The translations under genes and the position numbers were made by a program. Under the pieces are notes generated by a model. It worked only from the letters and a program-made list of their open reading frames with translations, had not been told where the DNA came from and made no database searches. A stretch of 64,000 bases of DNA from Microthyrium microscopicum (taxonomy: Eukaryota), in assembly GCA_010405405.1 (NCBI GenBank), contig MU004245.1:313256-377255 (forward strand), read 5' to 3'. Shown here one piece after another: positions 11,873 to 23,493 of this stretch (the stretch's first letter is position 1; each line of letters opens with the position of its first letter).

Positions 11873-13896
11873 CTTAACGAGCAGGAGAGCAAGTTGCGCG
11901 GGTCCTTGTAGGGGTGGTTTTCAGAAGAGGGTTGTTACAATTTTGTAGATATTGCGCTCAAGAGTAAAAGTCGGAGACTGAGAATTCTGCTGGGAGTAGT
12001 GGTGTAGAAGATGGAGGGAAGAGTCTCGGATTGGGACCAATATTAAAGGCATGAGGTCGTCTGGCAACATCCATTCGAGCCTGGTCAAGGTGAAATATTG
12101 AGGTGTATATACTCACTTAGAGGCATATAGAGGCATTCTGAGGTGACAATTACAAGATTAGGTAGTCAGTACCTACCTGTTGCGATTTTGGTAAGGTCGA
12201 CATTCTGATGGCTACTCTAGGCTGAAGCGTCCAGGTGAAAACGGGTAATGAGCACAAAACTTCCACGCTCTTATATCTTCTATCGCCAGGGCTGATTGCA
12301 AATAGACAAATATTCATGTTTACTTTCTTGAGTGGTGTCTTAACGATGGCTTTGTGTCCGCTGCTTTGTTCTATCGCTTTGTCCTATCACTTGTCAAGCT
12401 TTCACTGACTTGTGTCTGCCTATTCCGCTTGATGAAGACGAGACTCTCTGTTTAGAGGTACTCTTTGTACTTGCCAGCCTTGAGCATTGGCTATGGGATT
12501 AGTGATTGAAGCATGCTATAGATGCTAATGAGCCGTATAATGCGAGGTTTGATAACGCGTGTTGTTGCCACGTTAGAAAAGGGGCAATCGCATGGCAAAA
12601 CACCCACGTGGTTCTCCCAAAGAAAGCGCAATCATCTTGCAGGTGATGAAACAGTCTTTGCCATGATTATGATGATTTAGACTTTTCCTGACACTGTAAA
12701 AGTTCGCAACTGCAAGGAGAAAGGTTGATTTGATCCACTATTTACAGCTCTGAGGTGAGGTTGAGGTTTGGTACATTTCAGCGTTAACAGCTAAAAAGAT
12801 GGTGGAGATGAAGAGGATTTGAAACACGTTCTGTGCTCACACCAAGGCCTTTAGCGTTTTCCACAACAGCCTCATAAATTTTCCGACTACTGGGCAGTCT
12901 GCCAGTCATGCTCTTTTGTTTTGTTTGTGCTTGACGTAGGATCTCCATCAAGGAATAGTCCAGTAGCTCATTCTTGCACACCCACATGATGGGTCGGTCA
13001 ATTTTCAAAGTCCTTGGTCTTCTTGATACGTTGATAATCGAAAAGTTGTAGTAGTAGTCGAATGGTTGCGAACCAAAATCTCGGACGGGTTCATGAAAAT
13101 CTGGATCCACATTCGCTGCACGGTGTCCTCCTTGAACAGTATGAATTCTCCGAGCACCCATTGGCCGAATTTTGTGCCACTTCAACTCAACGGCGGGCTA
13201 GAAAACACCAGAAGAAACGAAGAAGCAGAGGTGGCGGCCAAAGTTCCAACCAAACAGGCATTCTGATTCTTTTGCACACGCCCACTGCGGAGACTTGCAC
13301 CAAGAATCCTCTGCCATGACTCGAAGCAGAGGACGCCGCACCGTTCACGAACGAAACAACGGCTTCTGTTTGGCAGACTCGAATATGCTCCCGTAGCCAC
13401 TGCAGCTCTGGTTGCTTAAAGTCGCACCAGACGTCAAGCCATGCCTCTGCAATGCTTCCGATACGCCAATCATGTAAATTCAATTACGCCCCTCTCCGCT
13501 TGATCCGCACTCGGCATGATATTTTACTGTCCCTGCAGAGCTGGGCGATTGACAAGCTTTGGTTCGTTGCTTCGTATTATTCTGTACAATTCAAACGCAC
13601 CTTTGCTTCATCCTTGACCCCTTGAGTACCTGTAAACTGTAGTTCAACCCCTACGGTCTAGAGTCTGGACATTCCCAACCATACTAGGTACTCTTATTCT
13701 TTACCCCCTGTCATGCTTAATGCGGAGGAATTATAGCTTCTCTCAACCTCCTTTGCGGCGCAAGTTAGCTTCACCTTCAGCTTCAATCTGCGTACCCTTT
13801 CTTCCCGTTATGTATGTTCAACAGCGCGGATCGTGAGCAACCATATCACAATCTCCACAGAAAAAGCTTTAGAGAGTACGCATCCTTTGGCATATC

Positions 13897-15821
13897 ATGT
13901 CAGTGGCCAACTCGACGACTTCTTCACCACCCTCATCCTCTGCCAGTGTTGCGAGTCCAGTCACTACCGTATTCACACCTCCGTCTTCCTGTCTTCAAAC
14001 AATTCCCATTGTTACGCTCATTGATAGTGCTCAAGCGCTGTTCATAAATTCAGATCAAGCTTCATCCCGAGTTCAAACGGAGTGCTTTCCATCTGGATAT
14101 TCCCCAAAGTCGTACCTTTCTCCAGAACCTTTTTGCCCAGTAGGATACACAGCAGCTTGTGCTTCAAGATCGAAGTCACAGACCGAAGCAGTTTGCTGTC
14201 CTCAGTAAGTTCAATCCTTTGTTCTTCAACATCTTCCAGAGGCGTTCTGAATGCAAAACGTGATGGTGAATCGCACCATTAAAAAGTTGTCATTACACCT
14301 CCAAGGAAGCTTCAAACTGTGATTCTTGTTATCGTCATCATGCTCTCACTTTCAGATATTCAACTAACAGGAAATAGAGGCAATTGGTCTTGTCTCAACA
14401 ACGTCGCAGTTGGAGTCAAAACTGTCATTGATATCGATCGATATCCCTGTTATCACCTTTTCACCCAAAACGACGCATTTACGTCGGCCGTTTTCTTATT
14501 AGCAGGAGCAACATTTTCAGGCCCGGTCACTCTACAACCTGGGGCCAGTATCAACGGATTTGCCAACGGTGTTCGCATCCGCTGGGCTAGCACTGACGTC
14601 GCCGCTGGCATTACACCAGCTGTCACAAGCGCTCCACTCGCTGGCATGACCTCACCTACAGCCACCCCAGCGCCTGTACCATCTAGTACCGCAAGCAAAA
14701 ACGATGGCAAAAGCTTAAAGCTCGAGGTTGGACTCGCGGTAGGCATACCCGTCGCTTTCATTCTTCTCATTCTCGCCATCGCCACACTATGGTATCGAAG
14801 GAGGCAACAGCGCGATGCCGTGCGCGACCTGGTGGTTGACGAGGACGAGAAGATGTTCGGCACAGGCGAATACGGCTATCGACCTGGCACCAAACGACGC
14901 GGCAGCAATCATCCAGACAACTTTTTCGACATGGGCGGCCGCCGTCCATCACAGCACCAATCACGCTCACGCGCTCGCTCACAAACACCATCTCCTCCTC
15001 CATGTCTTCAATCAAAATCTCCACCACCGCGTTTTCGTCCAAATTCTCCTCCACCGCGTCTGCGCTCAAACTCTCCTCCTCGACTACGTTCTCGCTCACC
15101 TCCGCGGCTAGGCTACATGAATAACGACATGGAAGATGAGCCTACGAAACCATCAAAACAGACGCGTTTCAATCTTCCTGAGATGCCCAACTTCTCCCGA
15201 CCGCACAGCCAGCACGCGCGTTCTATTTCTTCGCCTGCTCGCGCATATACGCCAGCGAGGCCATATACGGCCGTTGCACCACCACAACTATCATACAATC
15301 CACTACCCTACGAACCTCTCCTACCACTTCGCCCACAATCCGCCCACTCCTCTTTGCAGACCACCGACCTACCGCCTCTCGCAGGGCCTCTCCATCAGCA
15401 CAGCGATCTTCCACCTCGGCCGCAGAGCCCTGGTCTAGCCGTACACACCGAATTGTGGCGACAACAGCAAGCGAATTGGATGCGTGATGAGCGACGACGG
15501 ATTACAGACGAGTATGCGCGCATTGTGCGAGAGCAGCAGCAGGTTGGTGCACAAGTGCGGGATATGGTGAGGCGAGAGCGAGAAGTGGAAAGGGCAAGAA
15601 ATACGCCGTCACCAACAGCAGCGAACCGGACCGGATCGAGGGGGCGTAATACGCCATCACCGGCATTGATGGATCGGAGTGGCTCGAGGGCTTCGCAGCA
15701 TAATGCTGGAACGTTGCGCATAATGAGAAGTCAGGGTGCTTTGAGGAGGAGCGAGAGTGGGAGGAGGAGTCCAGCATATGAGAAGATGTTGGAGAAGAAA
15801 GAGGATGATTATGGGATCTGA
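13897..15821 (+). CDS. Fungal single-pass membrane protein with Cys-containing N-terminal domain and Pro/Ser/Arg-rich cytoplasmic tail
   Basis: Intron 14205-14377 joins TTVFTPPSSC..CFPSGY..CPVGYTAAC..AVCCPQ|GNWSC to ORF 14319..15821; TM VGLAVGIPVAFILLILAIATLWY then RRR. Confidence 0.8.
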
Positions 15822-16617
15822 TCTATCAGCTGAGGCGAAGGTGGTAATGATAGAGAATTGCAAGGGTCGAAAGCCAGGGGCAAAGTAATTGGTAGTGGAG
15901 ATGTATTTTTTTTTGTATCTTTGCATATATGCATGCTGCTGGGGACAAAACGGAACTTAGCATGGCGTTGAGATATACCTTCATTTATAGTAGTAGTGTA
16001 TTTTGTAATTGATGAACATTCACCCCTTATCCCTCGCCCGCTCGTCACAACATCACTACACAATGTCAAGAGCATCAGAGGAAAAGTAGGTATAAAGACG
16101 CTGAGTTTTGATTGGTCTATCGCGCCTTGGTAGTAGCTAAGCTAATTCTTCTTCAGACTATACACCAGTCTCTCTCAACAACCACGCTCCTCTTGGGGCG
16201 GGACGCTCTGAAGCGACGCATCCCTAAAGCGTACGCTGGAACCTTTTGTAATTCTTGTCCTTACCGAGAAGACCACAAGAACACGCCAGATTGCCGTACA
16301 GGTTTGTCGGTGGTATAACAACCGAACATTATGTACAATGACAGACTAAAGCGATGGATAGAACCATGTCGTAGACACGACTGGAGTAGACCGGCTAAAC
16401 CGTCATAACTATTACGTGGAGATCAATCGAGGATTTTTGATTCTCACACACTAAGAAAAAACACCAATTGGTATGTCAAGAGTTCTTGATAAAAGATCGT
16501 CGAGAGTTGGTGTCCCATATAAAAGATTGAAAGACAAGGCAGCGAACAACCCGGATGGACAAGATGCAGAAGACTTCTTGTCTCATGAGGACATCATCAC
16601 AGCTTAAACGCATGCAT

Positions 16618-17361
16618 TTAAGCAATGACGACACCGTGGCGGCGGGTGCGGCGGGCCTTGATGCACTCATCCTCAGACTCGGAGCAGTCATCGTCAGAAG
16701 ATCCGCAGCGGGAGCCACCGCAGTCAAGCTTGACGCGGTTGCCGGAGCGGGTGATTCCATAGCGCTCGCAAGAGCACATGGAGCTGACGGAAGAGCAAGA
16801 GCTGCGGGAAGAGGCAGAGGTGAGGGATGGGACATCGGAGCACTCAGAGTCGTCATCAGAGTCAGAGTCAGAGTCGTCGTCGAGGGATTGCTGGGCAAAG
16901 CGGGCGTTGATGGCCTCGAGGGTAGCTTGTTGGTACTCGGTGGCGATGATCTGCTTGGTCTGGCCTGGGCGCTGGGGCTTGGGGCACTTGATGGCAGATG
17001 GGCTGAGGGAGCGGCCCTGGGGGAGAGCACGGCTTTGACGGCGGGATTCGCGCTTGGCGGCACCGGCGGCTGGGACATCGAGGGTGTTGAGCTTGCGGCC
17101 AGTGGTGGGCTCGGTGGTGAATTCACGGCTGGGGTCGTGGGAGACTTGGTAGCCATCGAGCATGTAGTAGAACCAGTAGCGCTGGCCTGGGGCGAGGACG
17201 GAGGTCTGGAAACGGAAGGTTCCGCGCCATGTGCCTGACTTGGAGGAAGAGTCCTTGGACAATGGGATTTGTCCCTGGTATCCGTCCCAGGATCCGATGA
17301 GGTGGACGGTCTTGACGTTGGTGGTGGTGCGGAGAGCAAAGGAGATTTGAGTAGCGGCCAT
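16618..17361 (-). CDS. esdC: EsdC-like protein (N-terminal AMPK-beta/CBM48 glycogen-binding domain; sexual development regulator)
   Basis: N-terminus LRTTTNVKTVHLIGSWDGY..GTFRF..YWFYYMLDG and C-terminal CSCERYGITRSG..KLDCGG resemble Aspergillus EsdC as recalled; strong codon bias. Confidence 0.82.
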   Translation of the reverse strand: MAATQISFALRTTTNVKTVHLIGSWDGYQGQIPLSKDSSSKSGTWRGTFRFQTSVLAPGQRYWFYYMLDGYQVSHDPSREFTTEPTTGRKLNTLDVPAAGAAKRESRRQSRALPQGRSLSPSAIKCPKPQRPGQTKQIIATEYQQATLEAINARFAQQSLDDDSDSDSDDDSECSDVPSLTSASSRSSCSSVSSMCSCERYGITRSGNRVKLDCGGSRCGSSDDDCSESEDECIKARRTRRHGVVIA

Positions 17362-19160
17362 TTTGATAGATTGTTATTAAAGATTTGGTTTTTTTAAAAT
17401 TGTAATGAGCAAGTAAAGCAGTGTTTAGTTTCGAGATTGTGAGGTCGACCGGCGACGAAATTATTTTGATATTAGATTTTTTTGTTTAGGGGGAGCACCA
17501 GGCTCTAGAAAATTAAAAGAAGGGGGAAAGGGGAGGAAACTAAAGAGCACGGCTCTATTAAATTGGACAATTGCTTGCTGGAAAGAAGAAGAGAAAGTGT
17601 AGATAGGACGGGACAAGTCTATCTTATGTAGTCGGTCGTTGAGATCAGCCTCTCCATGTTGTCCAACATCTATCGACCAATCCAGCAATGCGTCAACCGT
17701 CACGCAAGCCCATCTCTGGCATGTCCCCAGCGTGCTCGACCTGGAGAAGGGACGGGAGTCGGGATGGGCTGATTGAATGCATGTCGATTACGGTCGATTA
17801 CAAGGTCAGCAACGCCCAGGTCCGACCACAACATGGCCATCACCAACAGAGTGCATGTTGTCGGCCAGGTTGATATCCAATGAAGAGGATGTTATGGAGT
17901 GCAGCAGTTGTTCATGGCCTGTAACTAGACCCAACAGGGCAAAGTATAAAGACCAACGTCCATGGTTGCACTGCGTGCCTGCAATAGTGTCGGCGGTTGA
18001 TACTGACCCCTTATTGGCCCAGCCTCTATTGTCCTTCTCCTCTCCACTCGCAACTGCAGGCCAATGTCAACCAACAAGGACCTGACTGGCCGCTAACTTA
18101 TGAATGGAGCACATTCCCACCTAATTTTTGGACTTTTTATCACTAATTTGTGTAGCGGCTTGCCTCTATAGGTCTAGCTGATCTACATCACTCCCGGCCA
18201 AGATAGGCTTAACTGCAAGGGTTGTCCTACTGCTCTTCCACCACTATTGACAACCAAGATCCGTATGCCCACTTCAACCCCTTCTCCATTACCACTTCAC
18301 GCTGCTTTCTTCTTCTCGCTAGAACAAGCTCGAGCGCCTGTTTCTCGCTTCTTCATCTGGCTGGCTAGAACGTGCATGTCATAAGCCAGGTGTGTCTTGA
18401 CATTGCCCTTGCAGATGTCTTTGAGCCTTGTTAACCAGTGGCTCATGAGCCGTTGATGACAAGTCTGCATTGCAGCACATCGTGGCGGTAATACATCATT
18501 TCTCTTTGAGCCATCGTCGACTTGACCGGTGCCTCTTCCTTGGACTGGCAGTGCTCGTAAGGATAGGGGCACCTACTTCAGTTTTATGGGAGACTTTTGT
18601 AGCTAGGTGCCCATGCGTTTATTCGAACAGCGCGGATATCATGCTCATGTGCTATGCGATCCTTGAAGAAAATCCAAACAACCTTGGCATCTAACGACAA
18701 ATGGGCGCCTACTCGAGAATGGTTGGGCGTGTACATAAGCTGCCAAGGGGTTGACAAAAAGAATGGTGCGTTCCCAACGAGTGCGATGGCTCCCATACAA
18801 GACGATCTACTATCGAGTGCTTTATTTGCCATCGAGCGCGTTCAGACATGGACATTTTATTGAATGTGATGGGAAATATGACGCTTCCTAATCAATAGCG
18901 GTCGTGGGAGCCATCGACGTCGATGGGAGAACACGATTTTTTCCATCAGTCGACTGCATGAGCGGATAGTCGCGCTTGCCTTCTACTGTTGAACATTCTA
19001 AGTGTTGAGCGAATGTGGAAAGAAGCACGGGATCGTCAAGAAAAGGACGATTTTGAGATATTCCTGAGTTGATGTGATCACATCGCTGAGAGGACGATGG
19101 CATGTACCTGTGTACGTAGGTACTGTAGGTAGTGCTTGAAGCACTTAACTACATGGCATA

Positions 19161-19180
19161 CTCCCATCAACGCTGATGGC
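19161..19180. repeat. 20-bp direct repeat copy 1 (CTCCCATCAACGCTGATGGC; internal hairpin CCATCA-ACGC-TGATGG)
   Basis: Identical to 23102-23121. Confidence 0.9.
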
Positions 19181-19824
19181 GCCTAGACGCTGCGTTCTGT
19201 TACTGAGTGCCTTGTTTGCCATAAAGAGCGTTCGAATTGGGAATATCTATTAGATATGATGGGAATTAAAGCACCTTATGGTTAGCAGCGCTGGTGGTAG
19301 CCATTAGAATTCATGGGAGTACGCTATTTATTTTGCTACGCCGTTGGCACTGAATCGTGTACCATGGAAAGTAATTGCACAAAGACATGTTGCGTAGATC
19401 AACGTAGTACCTGGTTAAGGTCAGCATGGTCGATACTGGCGGGTAGATGCTTTGCCCGTTGGTAGCAATATTGGACTTTTCCACTCAATGAGTGTCATAC
19501 TGTCGTACAATACGCAATCTTAGAGCGTTCCAAGGATCTCTTGTTGGTACAAGCTGTGTTCAATTGATCGAATAAACTTTCTTCAGAAATGAGCTTCTGA
19601 GGCTCAGACGCTTCCAAGGTTTTCCCATTTAGTTATCAAAGGTCCGGTAGATGCGCCTTTTCTACGCCCCATACCCTTTGCCCCATAGTGGTACCTCAAG
19701 AGTCAGATTCTCAACCATTGACACCGGTTTCGACGACAGTTGACTGCTTCAAATAAGCTACACCTCTCGAACCCGTTCTTCGTCTTCACCAGCGGGGCTT
19801 AACGATACGCCAATCCCCAATACT

Positions 19825-21456
19825 ATGTCCGCAGCCAATTACGAGACCCTTGACAGAGAGATTTCTGCGAGATCTGAGGACACAGATGACTGTCTGGCTC
19901 CCTTTGCAAGTGTTATAAAGCGACTGAACGTTGATGGAATTGCCTCTTATTCTCTTGCTATTCGGAAAGGACACATGAGCGTATCAGAATGCAATGCCCT
20001 GTCGTGCACCGTTGAGGAAAACAACCCGATGGTTGGATCCTTCAACATTGTGTATTGCATACAATTCAACGACGGTCTGAAATGGGTCATCAAAATCCCT
20101 TCAAACGCACACCCGGGGTCCTGGGATACCGAATCAGCAAACGCGCTACGCTCCGAAGCTTTGTTGATGCAGTTCCTGAAAAGGGAAACAAACATTCCCA
20201 TTCCTAGCGTCTTTGCCTATGACATGTCGCTCGACAATCCGACAAATTGTCCTCATATCATCATGGAGTTCGCACATGGCAGGTCTTTACGCGACATGTG
20301 GTTTGACAAAAGATTAAGTGATGAAAAGCGCAAACAAAAGAGGGCTCGAGCTTTGATGCAATATGCCTCTCGCATAATCCAACTCAACAAGTTCACATTC
20401 TCAAAAGGTGGCTCGATAGAATTTGACATTGATGGTCGCATGATCGGAATACAACCGTTGCGAAAAGTCGACCAAGACTCACTACTTGCTGATTTCGAGG
20501 CCGGGGGAGACATAACTACAAAATACATCACAGGCGGGCCTTACGAGGATCAGTTCTCAATGTTCATCGAAGCTTTCGATCGAAGAGATGCACATCAGAG
20601 GAATCAAGGTGACTTCAAGAAAGCATCTAGAAAACTATTGCGTCTGTTCTTGAGCTGGATTCCTCTTGACGTTTATGATGGTATTGAAACAACCTCTATC
20701 GACACCCATCCGTTTGTGTTATCACATAGTGATCCTGATAGCCAGAATATACTTGTGGATCAGGACGGCAACATAACTTCGATTATCGATTGGGACGGCG
20801 CTTGTAGTTCTCCAAGGACTCCTGGAAATATCGGGTTTCCCAGCTGGCTTACTCGGGACTGGGATCCTCTTTGCTACGACTGGAAGTCGGATTGGGGTGA
20901 TACTCCCTCAGAGGAGATTTCTGATGAAGACTCTCCTCAGCAACTTGCTGCACACCGCGAGGAATACGCAGGATACATGCATGCCATATCGCAGGCAATG
21001 GGGGCTACGAAATCGACAGAAAGAGCTACCAAGAATTCCATGATGATCGATAATCTATTGATAGCTGCAGAGCTTCCCATGAATGAAACAGAAATTGTTT
21101 CTACGATATTTGAAGAGGTAAGATCCCGACCTATGCAAGACTGTTTCACGATTGAACTTCGTTCTTGTCAAAGTAATCGGTGGTTTCCACGGCACTCGTT
21201 GGCATTCATCGTATGCTTGTCATTCGCGAAGACACATAATGTGATTGATAGTCATTTCTGTGGATTATGCTAAAAATTGTAGATTAGGCAGCATCTTTTG
21301 ACTCTAGGACTGGATACTCCTACCGAAGAGGGTGAAGTCGCAATAGATATGGAGGATTTCTGTTTTTTTGACATTGAAAGGCTGCTAGAAGAGGACGATT
21401 GGAGTGAGAGGTTGATTAATAGGCTCAAGGTTGGATTTCAGCATTTTTGCTCGTAG
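19825..21456 (+). CDS. APH/choline-kinase-like phosphotransferase family protein
   Basis: GSFNIVY..F.DG.KWVIKIP, SEALLMQFLK..T.IPIP.V, HIIMEF, FVLSHSDPDSQNILVD, IIDWD; intron 21118-21282 gives terminal exon ending TAG at 21456. Confidence 0.85.
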
Positions 21457-22474
21457 TGGTCTTTCTAGACGATATGGACAACCGATTACACTTGGTAGGC
21501 AGGTATATCAGTCTCAGAGTGGGCTATATAAAAGCTTTATTGTCGCGACTACCATTCTCGCAACACATGCAATGCAAGTAGAGGATTCGGGTCATGTGAA
21601 AAGATTCGTTGTATGTGTTTTATATGTGTAATCCGAGACGAATATCATGCTGCTGTTTTATGCGACAAATTCAAACTGCCTCCAAGCAAACTTAGATCAA
21701 GCAAAGGTTTCTGGGTCATGTTGAGGTTACCCATTTCTTGCTTCTTACTGCGCTTCCTGTGGTGGCTATTTATCCAGATGATCGCAGGGCTCGCCATTAT
21801 AATACCTCGTTCTGTCTTGTGTACCTCTGAGCCAAGGTATTTGTCCGAGTTCAGTTCGTGAATCAATAAGAGCTGCTACAAATTCCAATTTCAGCAGCGC
21901 AACATTGCACAATATACCTGTCCTACGTGCTGTAGCTGGGACTATTGACCATAAGGCGAGTGAGGATAGCCAGCCGGCGGATGCGATGCTCCAGTGCCCC
22001 GTCCTGCTCATCTTGTAGGTACCTAGGTACACCTGTCTTCCATCCATTTAAGCTTCAGTGTATTGTTTGTTTTCGCCCAGTTTTCTCCGTCGGCTGCTTA
22101 CGCTTTGTACTCGCCGTGTTAAGATCATAAGCGCAAGGTGGCCCCCGTGTCCGCGAATCAATGTCGCGTACACTTGATATGGAGATTTGGTGTAAGACGT
22201 GATCAATATTTTAACCAAAAAAACGCCAGTTCCAAGAATCAGAAAGCGCCGTCTGAACGTAAGGCGACGGTAAGACTAAGATCATGATTTTTGTTTAAAT
22301 TGAGTTAGTTGCCGGCCTTGCCTGCGAAGCAGCCACTACCCATTTGACCAAACTGCAAAGTATCCGAGGCCATAGTCGGACTTTGTGACTATTAGAGCGA
22401 TCTATCAATGTGAGGCTTCTCGCTCCGCCAAAGTTGATCAAACATGAGAGCTAACTATTCGCTCAGACTAAACC

Positions 22475-22687
22475 ATGGTTCACCATTGTCCCAAAAAACC
22501 CAATCATGCCGCCAAAAGCTTATGCGTTACACGAGGTCACTTGGAAGCTTGCAGTTTACATAGAGCAGTTGTTTATATCAAAGCCGGAGAAGAATGCGCC
22601 ACTTGTAAAGAGATAGAGCTTACGCAAGGGCGGCGCCTCAAAAAGAGCGGGTCAGGAGACCAAGAAGACAAGAGCCAACAGATTTGA
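22475..22687 (+). CDS. Small (70 aa) Cys/His-rich basic protein, putative Zn-binding
   Basis: Good Kozak context (AACCATGG); C..H..C..H..C..H..CxxC pattern; probable 5'UTR intron 22410-22466 (GTGAGG..GCTAAC..CAG). Confidence 0.55.
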   Translation: MVHHCPKKPNHAAKSLCVTRGHLEACSLHRAVVYIKAGEECATCKEIELTQGRRLKKSGSGDQEDKSQQI

Positions 22688-23101
22688 TATGGCCGAGCGA
22701 CAACATACCTCTTAAGCTGGATGCTAGCCTTGCTACGATCACTTAGGTACATAGAGAATGGATGACCTCGATGATGAGCTTGGCTCTGTGAACCTGACAC
22801 TAAATGTGAAATTGTGAGTTTGTTCTACGGACTGTCGACTTTCGCACAGCTTCCATGGTCGAAAATGCGCACTGGAGCTGGAGTCTAACTTATCAAATCC
22901 AACCAAGCCAAAGCAATAAGCTACCGGAACATATACCTATTCGATCCGAGAGGTAGAATGAATTCGTATTGTGAAAGGTTGAAGTGGTATGAATGACACA
23001 GCGATCGATGAGCATCGTACGGCTCGTAGGTTACCTGTGCACTTTCAATTCGCCTTATTCTGAGATTAGCTTTTCAGTTCATTCACAAGATAATTAGCTT
23101 G

Positions 23102-23121
23102 CTCCCATCAACGCTGATGGC
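23102..23121. repeat. 20-bp direct repeat copy 2 (CTCCCATCAACGCTGATGGC)
   Basis: Identical to 19161-19180. Confidence 0.9.
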
Positions 23122-23493
23122 TGCCATCGTGTGCGCAAACTCCCTACCCCTATAATACTCCCTGTGGTGCGCACTGCAATTCCTAGGAAATATGACAAAT
23201 CAGCCCGCGATACCTCCACTTCATGCACTTGGCCGGAGCTCTATTGATAAATTTGTAATAAATCAACCCAAACCTTGATCGGACACTGTCCGAAACATTG
23301 AATACTGCACAACTGTGCTGGGAAGGCTGAGCGACAAGGCTGAGGCTGTAAGGCCATCCTGCACGTGGCTAAAAGATGCCTGCTCGTGCATTGACTGCAG
23401 AGTGCACCTTCCAAAAATTTGACAACTTCAACCAACCTCAACTCTTTCCTCCTTCAAATCACAAATCACAAATTATTCTCATCAAAACCCACC

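Noticed and set aside
16476..17339. Long overlapping ORFs 16555..17238 (+) and 16476..17339 (-)
   Set aside because: Shadows of the GC-rich, codon-biased esdC frame; no recognisable motifs
17362..19160. Many short ORFs upstream of esdC
   Set aside because: No coding signature; consistent with a long promoter/5'UTR of a developmental regulator
22019..22030. Palindrome GTACCTAGGTAC and related GTAGGTAC runs (also ~19104-19133, ~12160-12180)
   Set aside because: Short low-complexity motifs common in fungal intergenic DNA; no supporting structure
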